Origin: Alphaproteobacteria bacterium CG_4_10_14_0_8_um_filter_37_21
GTDB lineage: Bacteria > Pseudomonadota > Alphaproteobacteria > Paracaedibacterales > UBA11393
Direction: 5' to 3'
Assembly (NCBI GenBank): GCA_002791835.1
Contig: PFNE01000032.1
Location: 33,646-97,645 of the forward strand
Length of the DNA: 64,000 nucleotides
The notes below the pieces were generated by a model. The model did no database searches and was not told the DNA's origin. It saw only the letters and a program-made list of their open reading frames with translations. The stretch's first letter is position 1; each line of letters begins with the position of its first letter. The position numbers and the translations under genes are program-made. Shown piece after piece: positions 1 to 11,683 of this stretch.

Positions 1-1532
1 CGTTCTTTAACGGCACGCTCTGCTTTTGCTGCTTTACGCTCTGTCTGTGAAATATGCTCTGCAATTCCATTCATGTCGCCTAAATCAGGTGTTGCATAAG
101 TATGTTTATCCAAATTTAAAGCATTAACTAAACTGCGGTGAACAATTAAATCGGCATACCGGCGTATCGGGGATGTAAAATGGGTGTAATGCGACAAACT
201 AAGGCCAAAGTGCCCTAAGTTTTCAGGTTGATACAGTGCTTGTGATTGACAACGTAAAACAAGTTCTTGAACCATAGCTTGGTTGTCGCTATTTTCAGCT
301 CCCTTTAAAATTTTATTAAAAGTATGTGGAGTTAGCTGCTGTTTTTTTGGAATTGTATGCCCAAGAGAAACTAAAACATCGGTTAAACTTTCATAACGTT
401 TTTGATCTGGGGCTTTATGATTACGATACACACTTGTATAGCCTTTTTTCAGCAGAACCTTAGCAGCACATACATTGGCCAATATCATAAATTCTTCAAT
501 AATTTTATTACTGACACGCTCCGCCGATTCTTCTATTTGCTTTGGATGTCCTTTTTCATCAAAAATCACCTTATATTCAGGGATAGATATATTCAGTGTA
601 CCCCTAATTTTACGGGCCTGATTTAAAGATTTATAAGCACCATAAAGATTTTCGATTTCTGTTTTTACAGGCATACAAGTTTTGTCATAATCCCCATCAA
701 TACCATCTTGAACTTGCTTGTATGTTAAGCGAGCAGACGATCTTATTAAGCTGCGCATAAATTTAAAGCTTGAAGGTTTTCCATTTGGATTAATAATAAT
801 TTCCACAGCTAAGGCTAAACGATCTTCATTTGGCCTTAGCGAACATAAATCATTCGACAATGAAACTGGCAACATGGGAATCACCGTATTTGGAAAATAA
901 ACAGAATTTCCGCGTTTTAAAGCCTCATGATCTAATGGAGTAGCGGGCTCTACATAATAACTAACATCCGCAATGGCAACCATGATTTTCCATAAGCCGT
1001 CCTGCATTGGTTCTGCATAAATTGCGTCATCAAAATCTTTTGCATCTTCCCCGTCAACTGTAACAAATGGTATATGACGTAAATCAACACGATGCGGTGA
1101 ATTTAAAGATGGACTTTCTTTTGTATTTTGTTCTGCCTGGTCTAAACATTCTTGACCAAAAACGTGTGGAATATCATTTTGCCAGATTGCAATTTTTGAA
1201 TAAGTAGATGGGTCTTTAATGTTACCAATTACTTGTACAAGTTCAAAAGATTCTTTCAAATTAAAGACAAGAACATCATTATGTTTTAACGTGGCCGTTT
1301 GTTCGCCTTCTAGTGCAACACCTGGAAAAGGATCTTTTCTATGAATAGAGGTAATATAACCTGTTTTTGGTGAAGTTTGCGTAAATGTACCAATTAATGA
1401 CTTTGCATAATGCAAAGACGCTACGCCTGGTTTTGAGATTCTTTTAGGAACGTTCCCATTTTTTTTATGTCTATGGCCTTTTTTCTCTGGCCCTTTGCGC
1501 TTATAACCACGCCTTTTCTTTTCTCTTGTCAT
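1..1532 (-). CDS. rnr: Ribonuclease R (RNB-family 3'-5' exoribonuclease), N-terminal ~510 codons; the 3' end lies beyond the window start
   Basis: Not in the ORF track (no stop inside the window). Hand translation of the minus strand from ATG 1532-1530 (ATGA overlap with the upstream stop) gives MTREKKRRGYKRKG...HIPFVTVDGEDAKDFDDAIYAEP...GNSVYFPNTVIPMLPVSLSNDLCSLRPNEDRLA. These are RNB catalytic-domain motifs. The frame stays open as far as I translated (about 780 nt, to roughly position 750). Confidence 0.85.
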   Translation of the reverse strand, partial: MTREKKRRGYKRKGPEKKGHRHKKNGNVPKRISKPGVASLHYAKSLIGTFTQTSPKTGYITSIHRKDPFPGVALEGEQTATLKHNDVLVFNLKESFELVQVIGNIKDPSTYSKIAIWQNDIPHVFGQECLDQAEQNTKESPSLNSPHRVDLRHIPFVTVDGEDAKDFDDAIYAEPMQDGLWKIMVAIADVSYYVEPATPLDHEALKRGNSVYFPNTVIPMLPVSLSNDLCSLRPNEDRLALAVEIIINPNGKPSSFKFMRSLIRSSARLTYKQVQDGIDGDYDKTCMPVKTEIENLYGAYKSLNQARKIRGTLNISIPEYKVIFDEKGHPKQIEESAERVSNKIIEEFMILANVCAAKVLLKKGYTSVYRNHKAPDQKRYESLTDVLVSLGHTIPKKQQLTPHTFNKILKGAENSDNQAMVQELVLRCQSQALYQPENLGHFGLSLSHYTHFTSPIRRYADLIVHRSLVNALNLDKHTYATPDLGDMNGIAEHISQTERKAAKAERAVKE

Positions 1533-2845
1533 TGAACTTTTGCTAGAATAGGTTCAGGAGAACGACCAACAGTTATAAATATAAGTTTATTAACATCTAT
1601 ATGGTCTTTCAACGCTTTTCTAATATTGCTTGGTTTTAATTGGGCAAGACGTTCTGGATAAGATGAAAGCCAACTTAGGGAACGCCCTAATAACTGTGTT
1701 TTTTGCATCAATTCAGCAATCTGGAGTGTATTTGTGCGTGCAAAGGCAAAGCTATGTTTTGCAGACTTCAGATATTCTTGAATTTTTTTATCTGATAAGT
1801 TAGTGTGTGCTTTACCCATCACATCTTTAATAATGTTAATTACTTCTGTTGTTTTTTCTGGTAAAAACCCTGCTTGACCAAGAACCACAGGAAAATTGGT
1901 ATCTCCAATAGCGCTTGCGCCAATATAATAAACAAGGCCTCGTTTCTCACGAACTTCTTTAAATAATTCTGATTCAGATCCTCCTATCATTTCCATACCT
2001 AGTGCAAAAGGCAAAAAATCATCATGCGTTGTATCAATAGAAGGGGATGCAAAAAACATAACGGTTTGCGGCACATCGTATTCACCGTGTTTGTGCTGAC
2101 CTAAATTTTTAAATTGTACTTTGGGTATTTTAGTTAATTTTGTATCAGAATATAATTTATCTGTGAAAGTATCTAATAGCTGATCCCATTCCTCAGGTTC
2201 ATAATCACCAACTAAGGTTACTTGCAGGTTCCTTTTTTGGAAAACATTTTGTAACGCACGTGTCAGGTCTTTATGGGTCAAAGCTGGTAGTGTTGTTAAT
2301 AATTTTTTTGTCTGACTATTAAGTGGATGGTCGCCAATAAATTGTTTATAAAACAATTGACGCGCAATGGCACTTGGGTCGTGTAAAGATTGTTCTAAGC
2401 CAGAAATTGTCTGCCTTACCAACAGATTTATTTTTTTTTGTGAAATGTCTTTTTTTGATAGTATCTTTTGAAGAATTGTAAATGCCTGTGACAAGTCTTT
2501 TTTGGGCACACGAACAGAAATAAAAACTTCAGTATCTTCTGCCGAAACCGATAAATCGCAGGGAATATTTTTTAAAACTTTTGCAATTTCTTGTTCTTCG
2601 TATGCTCCGCCACCGCGCTGTAAAACATCGCACAACATGGAAACAGTCCCTAGCTTATCCAAAGGGTCAGATGTCACACCTGTATTCTTAAAGGTAAAAA
2701 TAAAGGTGACAAAGCCCAAGTCATTAATTTTATGTGCCCAATAGACTTGCCCTTTAGGCGTTGTGTTTTCAGTTATCAAAAAACCGTTTGCAAATGCGCA
2801 ACTTACACATAACCATATTAAAATTAATATTTTCTGGGGATTCAT
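1529..2845 (-). CDS. M16 (pitrilysin/insulinase) family peptidase-like protein, exported
   Basis: 438-aa ORF with a signal peptide (ILILIWLCVSCAFA). It carries an M16 C-terminal-domain-like segment, GGSESELFKEVREKRGLVYYIGAS. I found no HxxEH zinc motif, so it is probably a non-catalytic type. It is translationally coupled to rnr. Confidence 0.65.
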   Translation of the reverse strand: MNPQKILILIWLCVSCAFANGFLITENTTPKGQVYWAHKINDLGFVTFIFTFKNTGVTSDPLDKLGTVSMLCDVLQRGGGAYEEQEIAKVLKNIPCDLSVSAEDTEVFISVRVPKKDLSQAFTILQKILSKKDISQKKINLLVRQTISGLEQSLHDPSAIARQLFYKQFIGDHPLNSQTKKLLTTLPALTHKDLTRALQNVFQKRNLQVTLVGDYEPEEWDQLLDTFTDKLYSDTKLTKIPKVQFKNLGQHKHGEYDVPQTVMFFASPSIDTTHDDFLPFALGMEMIGGSESELFKEVREKRGLVYYIGASAIGDTNFPVVLGQAGFLPEKTTEVINIIKDVMGKAHTNLSDKKIQEYLKSAKHSFAFARTNTLQIAELMQKTQLLGRSLSWLSSYPERLAQLKPSNIRKALKDHIDVNKLIFITVGRSPEPILAKVQ

Positions 2846-2866
2846 GATATTGAGCCTATATTAATG

Positions 2867-3094
2867 CTATTTTGTTAAAACTTTAACCGCAGCTTCTGAT
2901 GGATCTGATTTTTTTTCGCCCTGCGAAGCGTCCACAGGTTTTACGGCTTGAAATTCTTTTGGAATAGTAAGTGGTGGGTTATCTGTCACAGAAAATTCAT
3001 CAGGTTGTGAACGACTAAGGCCAAAGGCATCTTTTGCTGTGTCGCACCCAGTTAATAGTATACCAGCTATCGTCACTGTAAAAAAAATTTTCAT
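2867..3094 (-). CDS. Small lipoprotein (DUF3035-like)
   Basis: Start moved to ATG 3094, which has an AAGGAA RBS upstream. MKIFFTVTIAGILLTGC contains a lipobox. The mature part (GLSRSQPDEFSV..PPLTIP) resembles the alphaproteobacterial DUF3035 lipoprotein family, recalled from memory. Confidence 0.55.
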   Translation of the reverse strand: MKIFFTVTIAGILLTGCDTAKDAFGLSRSQPDEFSVTDNPPLTIPKEFQAVKPVDASQGEKKSDPSEAAVKVLTK

Positions 3095-3380
3095 AAACAT
3101 TCCTTCTTTTATTAACTTTATATATTTTAACATAACACAAACTGGTAACGTCTAAAGAATTATATTTAAAACGCGGTGCTCAAGATCATGAAAAATTTTA
3201 TGACCTGGCCCCCACACAATGAATAATGCATCCACCTTTTTCATATATAACGTTAACAGGCTGTCATTAGAAAAATGACAATGCATTTTCGGCACGGCTG
3301 TATCACCTATTCATCGTGCACTTAAATGTTTTTTATAGATAATCTGATGACAGCTAAATCCAGCAGCAACATTTAGCGAT

Positions 3381-4607
3381 TCAGCTTAAAGTTAACTTTT
3401 TATTTTTTTTCAGACTCATAAAACATAGAAAAGAAATAAGCGTTAAAACAATTGGGTAAAGTGCGGCATATACTTTGCTTCCAAATGTTACGCTTAACCA
3501 ATGGCAAACAAGGGGAGCAGCGCCCCCTAATATGCTAGCTGATAATGTTTGAACGATAGCAAATGTGCGTAGTCGTATTTCTTTTTTAAATAAAGATGGC
3601 GCTATGCTTATAACATTAACAACAATTAATTGTGAGCTTATGGCCAATAACAACTGCGGCAATATGTAAGCAACACTCGACGTTGAATTAAACACACAAT
3701 ACGATGCTGGCGCAAGAAAGGCAGCAAACAGAATAAAATATACTTTAATGTTCATGTTTGTTGGTTGCCTCTTTTTTTGCATCCACACAATGCCATAAAT
3801 AATGGCAGCAATAAAAATACAAATAAACGCATTTAAAAAAAACGGCAGGGGTGCTTTTTTCTCTAGCAACACAACCCCATATGTATTTAAAAATGTCGTA
3901 ATATAATACCACGGCCCAAAGGACATGCCCGTTAAAAAGAAGGCAATAATCATGTTCTTAACAACCTTTTTATCTTTTAATGTATTTAATAATCTTTTTT
4001 TTTCAATTCTTAGCTGAATAAAATTATCCGGCAAGCGTATAAGACGTAAACCGCCAGTCCAAAGACCTAAAAATCCAACTAATATAAATGCAGCGCGCCA
4101 AAAATGAATAACATTTAAATAATCAAGATAGCAAAAGCCACCCACAAGATAAGCAGCTGCGGTTCCAAGGGCAGCCATAACACCTAAATAAACAACAGAT
4201 TGGGATTGTTTTTGTTTATTGGTATGTGATTCATAGGTGTATATAGTTGCTGCAGCATACTCTACACCCGTAAAAACACCTTGTAATAATCTAAAAATTG
4301 CAATGTAAATAAGGGTAATCCAAGGGTTTATTGTAAAAGGCGTGCACCCCAAAAACATGGTCGAAAATGCCATGCCAACAACTGACACAACTAAAACCTT
4401 CTTTCGGCTAACGCCGTCACCTAGTGGCGACAATAGTAAGGCCCCAAGTGGTCTGCCTAAAAATCCAATCCAAAACAAACCATACTGAAGTGTGGCCTGT
4501 TGTTCTATTGTGAAGATGGAGGATAGTGTTTTTCCCAAGACAGGAAATAAAAGAGCAAACAAAACAAATTCGAAAAATTCTAAAAATGTGCCGTAATAAA
4601 CTAACAA
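3381..4607 (-). CDS. MFS transporter (metabolite:H+ symporter, ProP-like)
   Basis: 408 aa and multi-TM. It has a ProP-like N-terminal pattern: GTFLEFFEFVLFA...GFLGRPLGALLLSPLGDGVSRKKVL. The only in-frame start is TTG at 4607, and the N-terminus is unusually short (see findings). Confidence 0.7.
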   Translation of the reverse strand: MLVYYGTFLEFFEFVLFALLFPVLGKTLSSIFTIEQQATLQYGLFWIGFLGRPLGALLLSPLGDGVSRKKVLVVSVVGMAFSTMFLGCTPFTINPWITLIYIAIFRLLQGVFTGVEYAAATIYTYESHTNKQKQSQSVVYLGVMAALGTAAAYLVGGFCYLDYLNVIHFWRAAFILVGFLGLWTGGLRLIRLPDNFIQLRIEKKRLLNTLKDKKVVKNMIIAFFLTGMSFGPWYYITTFLNTYGVVLLEKKAPLPFFLNAFICIFIAAIIYGIVWMQKKRQPTNMNIKVYFILFAAFLAPASYCVFNSTSSVAYILPQLLLAISSQLIVVNVISIAPSLFKKEIRLRTFAIVQTLSASILGGAAPLVCHWLSVTFGSKVYAALYPIVLTLISFLCFMSLKKNKKLTLS

Positions 4608-4836
4608 ATTCTTTATCCATCTTGTTTAACCTCAATATCCTCACACACGTAGCATATGATTGGCAATATAAGTATTGCCTCTTTTTTATGTGGCATGTAT
4701 GTAATTTTTTTAGTAGTATAAATAGTGATTCCATTATTTCGTAAATTGCTGTCATGGATGTAAAAAGCATTTTTTCTAAAATTTGTGCTTTTTCATCATA
4801 TGGACAGTGCAACTTTTAACATGAGGAAACTTAATT

Positions 4837-5361
4837 ATGACAGCACCACTAATGCCAAAAGCAACAGCTGTATGGTTAATTGAAAATACAGCACTATCTT
4901 TTGAACAAATTTCAGCCTTTACAGGCTTACATATGATTGAAATTCAAGCAATTGCAGACGATGAAGTAGCATCATTAAAAGGCCTGAACAGCATAACAAA
5001 CAATCAACTAACAGCAGAAGAAATTAAACGCTGTGAAGCAGATCCTGATGCCCGTTTAGTGCTAACAAAGGTTGTAACACCTGATAACGTTTTAGGCGGC
5101 AAAAAAACACGCTATGTTGCTGTATCAAAACGCGGAGACCGTCCTGATGCAATTGCATGGCTAGTAAAATATTACCCAAACATACCAGATTCAAAAATTT
5201 GCGAATTGTTAAGCACAACAAAGCCAACAATTAAAGCCATTAAGATGAAAACACATTGGAACTCTCAAAATATTAAACCCCAAAATCCAGTGCAATTAGG
5301 CATGTGCTCACAAGCACAAATGGACTTTATTATTAGTCGCTACGGTACTACAAATAATTAA
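4837..5361 (+). CDS. DUF1013 family protein (TrcR-like cell-cycle regulator family of Alphaproteobacteria)
   Basis: The N-terminus MTAPLMPKATAVWLIENTALSFEQISAFTGLHMIEIQAIADDEVA matches the conserved DUF1013 N-terminus as I recall it. A GAGGAA RBS precedes the ATG. Confidence 0.75.
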   Translation: MTAPLMPKATAVWLIENTALSFEQISAFTGLHMIEIQAIADDEVASLKGLNSITNNQLTAEEIKRCEADPDARLVLTKVVTPDNVLGGKKTRYVAVSKRGDRPDAIAWLVKYYPNIPDSKICELLSTTKPTIKAIKMKTHWNSQNIKPQNPVQLGMCSQAQMDFIISRYGTTNN

Positions 5362-5371
5362 TTATTCATAA

Positions 5372-6088
5372 ATGCTTCAAGTAGAATTTTTATCTGTAAC
5401 ACTTGGGGGTGCAAAAATCCTTCATCAGGTTTCTTGCACTGTTCCAACTCACAGCATCATGGCTATTTTGGGTTTAAATGGTGCAGGAAAAACAACGCTT
5501 GTTAAAGCCATAGCCGGGCTTGTGCCTTTCACGGCAGATAAAGCAACTTTCAATAATCTCTCTTTAAAAAATTTAAAGTCGCATGAAATTGCGCAGCAAG
5601 GCATTATTTATGTACCTGAAAATAAGGAACTTTTTTATGGGCTATCTGTACAAGAAAACTTAGAAGTTGGGGCGCTTGTCAAAACCCTCATCCCTTCAAA
5701 AAAACACGTTCAAAAATTACTACAATCTGTATATGATTTATTTCCCAAACTCAAAGAACGCAGTACCCAAAAAGTAGAGACATTATCTGGCGGGGAACAA
5801 CAAATGGTTTGTATTGGGCGCGCCCTTATGGCGCAGCCGAAAGTTCTTATTTTAGATGAGCCAAGCCAGGGCCTTGCACCGCACATCGTGCAAAATCTTT
5901 TTAATAAAATTAAAGATTTAGCTAAAGCAGGCATGACTATTATTTTAAATGAACAAAATATCTATGCAGCATTAACAATAGCCGATAAAGCAATTGTTAT
6001 TGAAAATGGCATCGTGATTGAAGAGAAAAGCGCCGATAAGATGATGAATATGCTAACGCAAGGCAAACTATCATTACTCAATATTTAA
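5372..6088 (+). CDS. livF: ABC transporter ATP-binding protein, LivF type (branched-chain amino acid family)
   Basis: Walker A GLNGAGKTT, signature LSGGEQQM and Walker B LILDEPSQGLAP. Collinear with E. coli LivF (..YDLFPKLKERSTQ.., ..TIILNEQN..). Confidence 0.8.
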   Translation: MLQVEFLSVTLGGAKILHQVSCTVPTHSIMAILGLNGAGKTTLVKAIAGLVPFTADKATFNNLSLKNLKSHEIAQQGIIYVPENKELFYGLSVQENLEVGALVKTLIPSKKHVQKLLQSVYDLFPKLKERSTQKVETLSGGEQQMVCIGRALMAQPKVLILDEPSQGLAPHIVQNLFNKIKDLAKAGMTIILNEQNIYAALTIADKAIVIENGIVIEEKSADKMMNMLTQGKLSLLNI

Positions 6089-6172
6089 GTAAATAACAAT
6101 ATCTAGGAACGCGCGCAGTGCGACAATAGTTAAAAATTGCACTTGGGTTCAAAACAAAAAAACTGTTTTAAC

Positions 6173-7120
6173 TTAAGACGTTTTTTTATTACCCCACAGG
6201 GAAGCCACAATACCGCCGCTTAATAGTATGGCCGTCACACCAAGCGTTATACTTGTTGGCACTTTTGTAATTGGTAGAAAATGCACAGCAAAAATTTTAC
6301 CACCTATAAAAATCAACAGTAAGCTTAGTGAGTATTGCAGATATTTAAATTTATCTACCATCATTTGTAGTACAAAATAAAAAGACCTAAGCCCTAAAAT
6401 GGCAAAAATATTACTGCTATAGACAATAAAAGGATCTGTTGTGATGGAAAAAATAGCAGGGATGCTATCAACAGCAAAAACAACATCAACAAACTCTATC
6501 ATGATAAGGCTTAAAAACAATGGTGTTGCTGTATAGCATGTTTTAATCCATTTATCTTGATAAACTTCTGCCCCCTTTTTAAAAAACACTTCTTGATCAA
6601 GGTCATGATTTACATGAATAAATTTTTTAACAATGCGAAGCACCATGCTTTGAGAAATATCTTGATCAGTTTTTTGAGGCCTTAACATTTTAAGGCCTGC
6701 TATAACAAGGAATCCACCAAATATATAAAGAACAAAAGCCAATTCATTCACAACAATGCTGCCAAGGCCGATCAGAATACCACGCAAAACAACCGCGCCC
6801 AATATACCCCAAAACAATACTCTGTGTTGAAAGGCTGGGGGTATTTTAAAGTAAGAAAAAATCATTGAAATTATAAATATGTTATCAAGGGACAGAGACT
6901 TTTCAATTAAATACCCCGTTAAAAATTCTTGTGATTTGACACCCCCAAAGACCAAGTGCACGTAAGCAGCAAAACAAAAACTGATAACTATATAAAAAAT
7001 ACTAAGACCAAGACTTTTTTGAAAGCTTGGTGTGATGCCACGTTTATGAAAAATACCAAGATCTAAAATAAGTAGACTGAAGAAAATAACCAGTAGAAAT
7101 AACCAATGCAGTAGCGGCAT
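6173..7120 (-). CDS. TerC/Alx family integral membrane protein
   Basis: 315 aa and multi-TM. TerC-like motifs are EKSLSLDNIFI and FAVDSIPAIF..T.DPFIVYSSNIFAILGLRSFYF. Confidence 0.8.
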   Translation of the reverse strand: MPLLHWLFLLVIFFSLLILDLGIFHKRGITPSFQKSLGLSIFYIVISFCFAAYVHLVFGGVKSQEFLTGYLIEKSLSLDNIFIISMIFSYFKIPPAFQHRVLFWGILGAVVLRGILIGLGSIVVNELAFVLYIFGGFLVIAGLKMLRPQKTDQDISQSMVLRIVKKFIHVNHDLDQEVFFKKGAEVYQDKWIKTCYTATPLFLSLIMIEFVDVVFAVDSIPAIFSITTDPFIVYSSNIFAILGLRSFYFVLQMMVDKFKYLQYSLSLLLIFIGGKIFAVHFLPITKVPTSITLGVTAILLSGGIVASLWGNKKTS

Positions 7121-7228
7121 AGATTGAATATTACGAATAAATATTACTTAAAGCTTATCATTCTTTTATAACGCTTGCCACTGTTGCTGCCTTGGTGTGC
7201 AAAAAATATAGAAAACAATCTTTAAGGA

Positions 7229-8677
<1,449 letters not shown>

Positions 8678-8728
8678 TTAACCCTTGTGTATTATATTGT
8701 TTAAATCTGTTAGAACTACTTATTTTGT

Positions 8729-11488
8729 TTAGCTCTCAAGAGTGGCATTTTCTTCAACTGCCTCTTCAATGGGTTCATCTTGCGTGCCCTCGTCAGTGTC
8801 TGCCATTGGAACACGGCTAACGGCAACAACTTTTTCTTTGCCTTTAACGCGGAACAAGATAACACCTTGTGTTGCACGACCAGTAATGCGAACATCTTGT
8901 ATCGGGCAGCGGATTAATTGCCCGCCATCGGTTACCAACATAATTTCATCACCGCTTTCAACCGGAAAGGATGATATCACGCCACCATTACGGTCGTTTA
9001 CAATAATTGATTTGTACCCTTGAGTACCACGATTAGAAGCCCTGTAAGTATAGCTTGAACTGCGTTTACCGAAACCTTTTTCAGTAATCGTTAAAATAAA
9101 TTGTTCTTGGGCTGCCATTTCATTGAAACGGTCTTCAGATAAATCATGACCAGTAAGTGATTCACCTTCAGGTGCGTCTTCTTCACTATCAACTACATCT
9201 TGATTGTCTGCACGTAATTTATTAGACATTTTAATGTATTGCAGACGTTCTTCTGGCGTTGATTTCGTTACAGCAGATACCACAGTCATTGAAATAACTT
9301 CATCTTTACCTTGCAATTTAATACCGCGCACACCATTGGAGTTGCGGCCAACGAACACACGAATATTATCGTCTAAAATAAAACGGTTACACAGACCATT
9401 TTTCGTAAACAGCATCATTTCATCTTGCGCTGTACAGTGCTGAACACCAATTAATTTTTCGCCTTCATCCAAACGAATCGCTATTAAACCGTTAGAGCGA
9501 ATTTTTGAAAAATCAACCAACTTATTACGACGTACATTTCCATTCGATGTTGCAAAAACAAGGAACTGATCTTCATGCCTGCTAGAATCGTCTGGCAGAA
9601 TTACAACAGTTGCAACTTGGTCATTTTGTTCTAAGTTCAACAGGTTAATAATTGCGCGCCCTTTAGATTGTGGGGACGCTAGCGGCAACTTATAAACCTT
9701 TGTAGAAAATACTTTGCCACTTGTTGTAAAGAAAAGAACTTCACTATGCGTATTAGCAACAAAAACATCTGATACAGCATCTTCATCTTTAGTGTTCATG
9801 CCCGTACGGCCCTTGCCACCACGACGCTGCGCGCGATAAGTGGACAATGGTACGCGCTTGATGTATCCTTCTGTGCTGACAGTTACAACCATTTCTTCTT
9901 TTTGGATGAGGTCTTCAATATCAACCTCTGACGATGAATCTTCAATCACCGTTTTTCTGGGCGTTGCGAATTTTTCTTTAACGTCTTGGACTTCTTGTTT
10001 TAAAATTTCTAAAACACGTACGCGAGATGCTAAAATTTCTAAGTATTCTTTAATTTTATCAGCAATGTCTTGTAAATCTTTTAAGATTTTATCGCGCTCC
10101 ATGCCTGTAATACGGTGCAGGCGCAAATCAAGAATTGCATTCGCTTGAACTTCTGTTAATTGATACGCCTTTGCTAATGTTTCGCTATCAACATTTGCTT
10201 CAACAAGCTGTATCATCGGGGCAATACTTGATGCTTCCCAGGTTGTTGCTAGTAATTTTTCACGTGCATCTTGACGGTCCATAGATGATCGTATCAGCTC
10301 TATCACAGGATCAAGGTTTGCTACAGCGACAGCAAAACCTAATAATACATGGGCTTTTTCACGCGAACGTGCAAGTTCAAACCGTGTGCGACGCACGATT
10401 ACTTCTTCACGAAATTCAATAAAGTTCGTTAAAAAATCTTTTAAGGTTAGCTGTTGTGGCTTACCATGAACAAGGCCAAGCATATTACAGCCAAAACTTG
10501 TTTGCAGGGCTGTATGCTTGTATAGTTGGTTTAAAACAACCTCAGCGTGGCCGTCACGTTTAATTTCAATTACAATACGCATACCCTTACGGTTTGATTC
10601 GTCCCGTAAGTCGGATATGCCTTCAACCGTTTTTGCACGCACAAGTTCGGCAATACGCTCTACCAATTTTGATTTATTTATTTGGTATGGAATTTCTGTC
10701 ACAATTATGGCTTCGCGGTCTTTTTTAACTTCTTCAATATGTGTTTTAGCCCGCATAATCACAGATCCACGACCTGTATGATAGGCAGAATGAATGCCAC
10801 TGCGCCCCATAATAGAACCACCTGTTGGAAAGTCTGGACCCGGAATATATTCCATCAGGTCTTGAATAGCAAGGTCAGGGTTCTCAACCAGCGCACAAAC
10901 AGCATCAATCACTTCACCCAAATTATGGGATGGGATATTAGATGCCATACCAACAGCGATACCGCTCGTACCGTTTACAAGAAGCCCTGGAACTTTAGAT
11001 GGCAAAACAATTGGTTCTAATAGCCGCTCATCATAGTTTGGCTTAAAATCAACCGTATCTTTATCAAGGTCTTCTAATAATTCATGGGCAACACGGGCTA
11101 AACGACATTCTGTATAACGCATAGCCGCAGCAGGGTCACCGTCAACAGAACCAAAGTTACCTTGACCTGAGATCAAAGGCAATCTTAAACTAAAATCTTG
11201 CGTTAAACGCACTAAAGCATCATAGATCGCGTTATCACCATGGGGATGATAGTCTCCCATAACCTTACCGACAACGTTAGCAGATTTTCTAAAAGGCTTA
11301 TTATAGTCGTTACCACCTTGTTTCATAGCATACAAAACACGTCTATGAACAGGTTTTAAACCATCACGGACATCTGGCAAAGCACGGGAAACTATCACAC
11401 TCATGGCATAAGCCAGGTATGATTTCTTCATTTCATCTTCAATATTAATCGGAACGATATCGTTATGCGCTAAGTTCGTATTATCCAT
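8729..11488 (-). CDS. gyrA: DNA gyrase subunit A
   Basis: 919 aa. LPDVRDGLKPVHRRVLY, the active-site region AAAMRYTE and a QRDR-like HPHGDNAIYD, followed by a C-terminal beta-pinwheel repeat region. Confidence 0.97.
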   Translation of the reverse strand: MDNTNLAHNDIVPINIEDEMKKSYLAYAMSVIVSRALPDVRDGLKPVHRRVLYAMKQGGNDYNKPFRKSANVVGKVMGDYHPHGDNAIYDALVRLTQDFSLRLPLISGQGNFGSVDGDPAAAMRYTECRLARVAHELLEDLDKDTVDFKPNYDERLLEPIVLPSKVPGLLVNGTSGIAVGMASNIPSHNLGEVIDAVCALVENPDLAIQDLMEYIPGPDFPTGGSIMGRSGIHSAYHTGRGSVIMRAKTHIEEVKKDREAIIVTEIPYQINKSKLVERIAELVRAKTVEGISDLRDESNRKGMRIVIEIKRDGHAEVVLNQLYKHTALQTSFGCNMLGLVHGKPQQLTLKDFLTNFIEFREEVIVRRTRFELARSREKAHVLLGFAVAVANLDPVIELIRSSMDRQDAREKLLATTWEASSIAPMIQLVEANVDSETLAKAYQLTEVQANAILDLRLHRITGMERDKILKDLQDIADKIKEYLEILASRVRVLEILKQEVQDVKEKFATPRKTVIEDSSSEVDIEDLIQKEEMVVTVSTEGYIKRVPLSTYRAQRRGGKGRTGMNTKDEDAVSDVFVANTHSEVLFFTTSGKVFSTKVYKLPLASPQSKGRAIINLLNLEQNDQVATVVILPDDSSRHEDQFLVFATSNGNVRRNKLVDFSKIRSNGLIAIRLDEGEKLIGVQHCTAQDEMMLFTKNGLCNRFILDDNIRVFVGRNSNGVRGIKLQGKDEVISMTVVSAVTKSTPEERLQYIKMSNKLRADNQDVVDSEEDAPEGESLTGHDLSEDRFNEMAAQEQFILTITEKGFGKRSSSYTYRASNRGTQGYKSIIVNDRNGGVISSFPVESGDEIMLVTDGGQLIRCPIQDVRITGRATQGVILFRVKGKEKVVAVSRVPMADTDEGTQDEPIEEAVEENATLES

Positions 11489-11683
11489 GAATAACTAAAT
11501 ACTATTTAAGTGTTAACATATCCTACCATATATTCATTTGTTTTGCTGAAAAAAATGGCATATGTTCCTGAGCACTAAATATGCAGACATAACTATCAAA
11601 CTGTTTTTCATCCAGCCGGTTGTCGTGCATTTAAAAAAAGAAGATACTTAAAAGAGAACCAAATTTGTTTTAATAATATCGCT

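Noticed and set aside
7121-7228. Possible yybP-ykoY (Mn2+) riboswitch upstream of the TerC/Alx gene
   Set aside because: Only 108 nt are available, and I could not find the conserved GGGGAGUA / GAGA / UGACA-type elements.
8742-11020. Several plus-strand ORFs of 79-112 aa antisense to gyrA, and similar ones antisense to pnp, atpD, htrA and rnr (402..900)
   Set aside because: They are nested in well-supported genes on the other strand, have no RBS or recognisable motifs, and have odd compositions.
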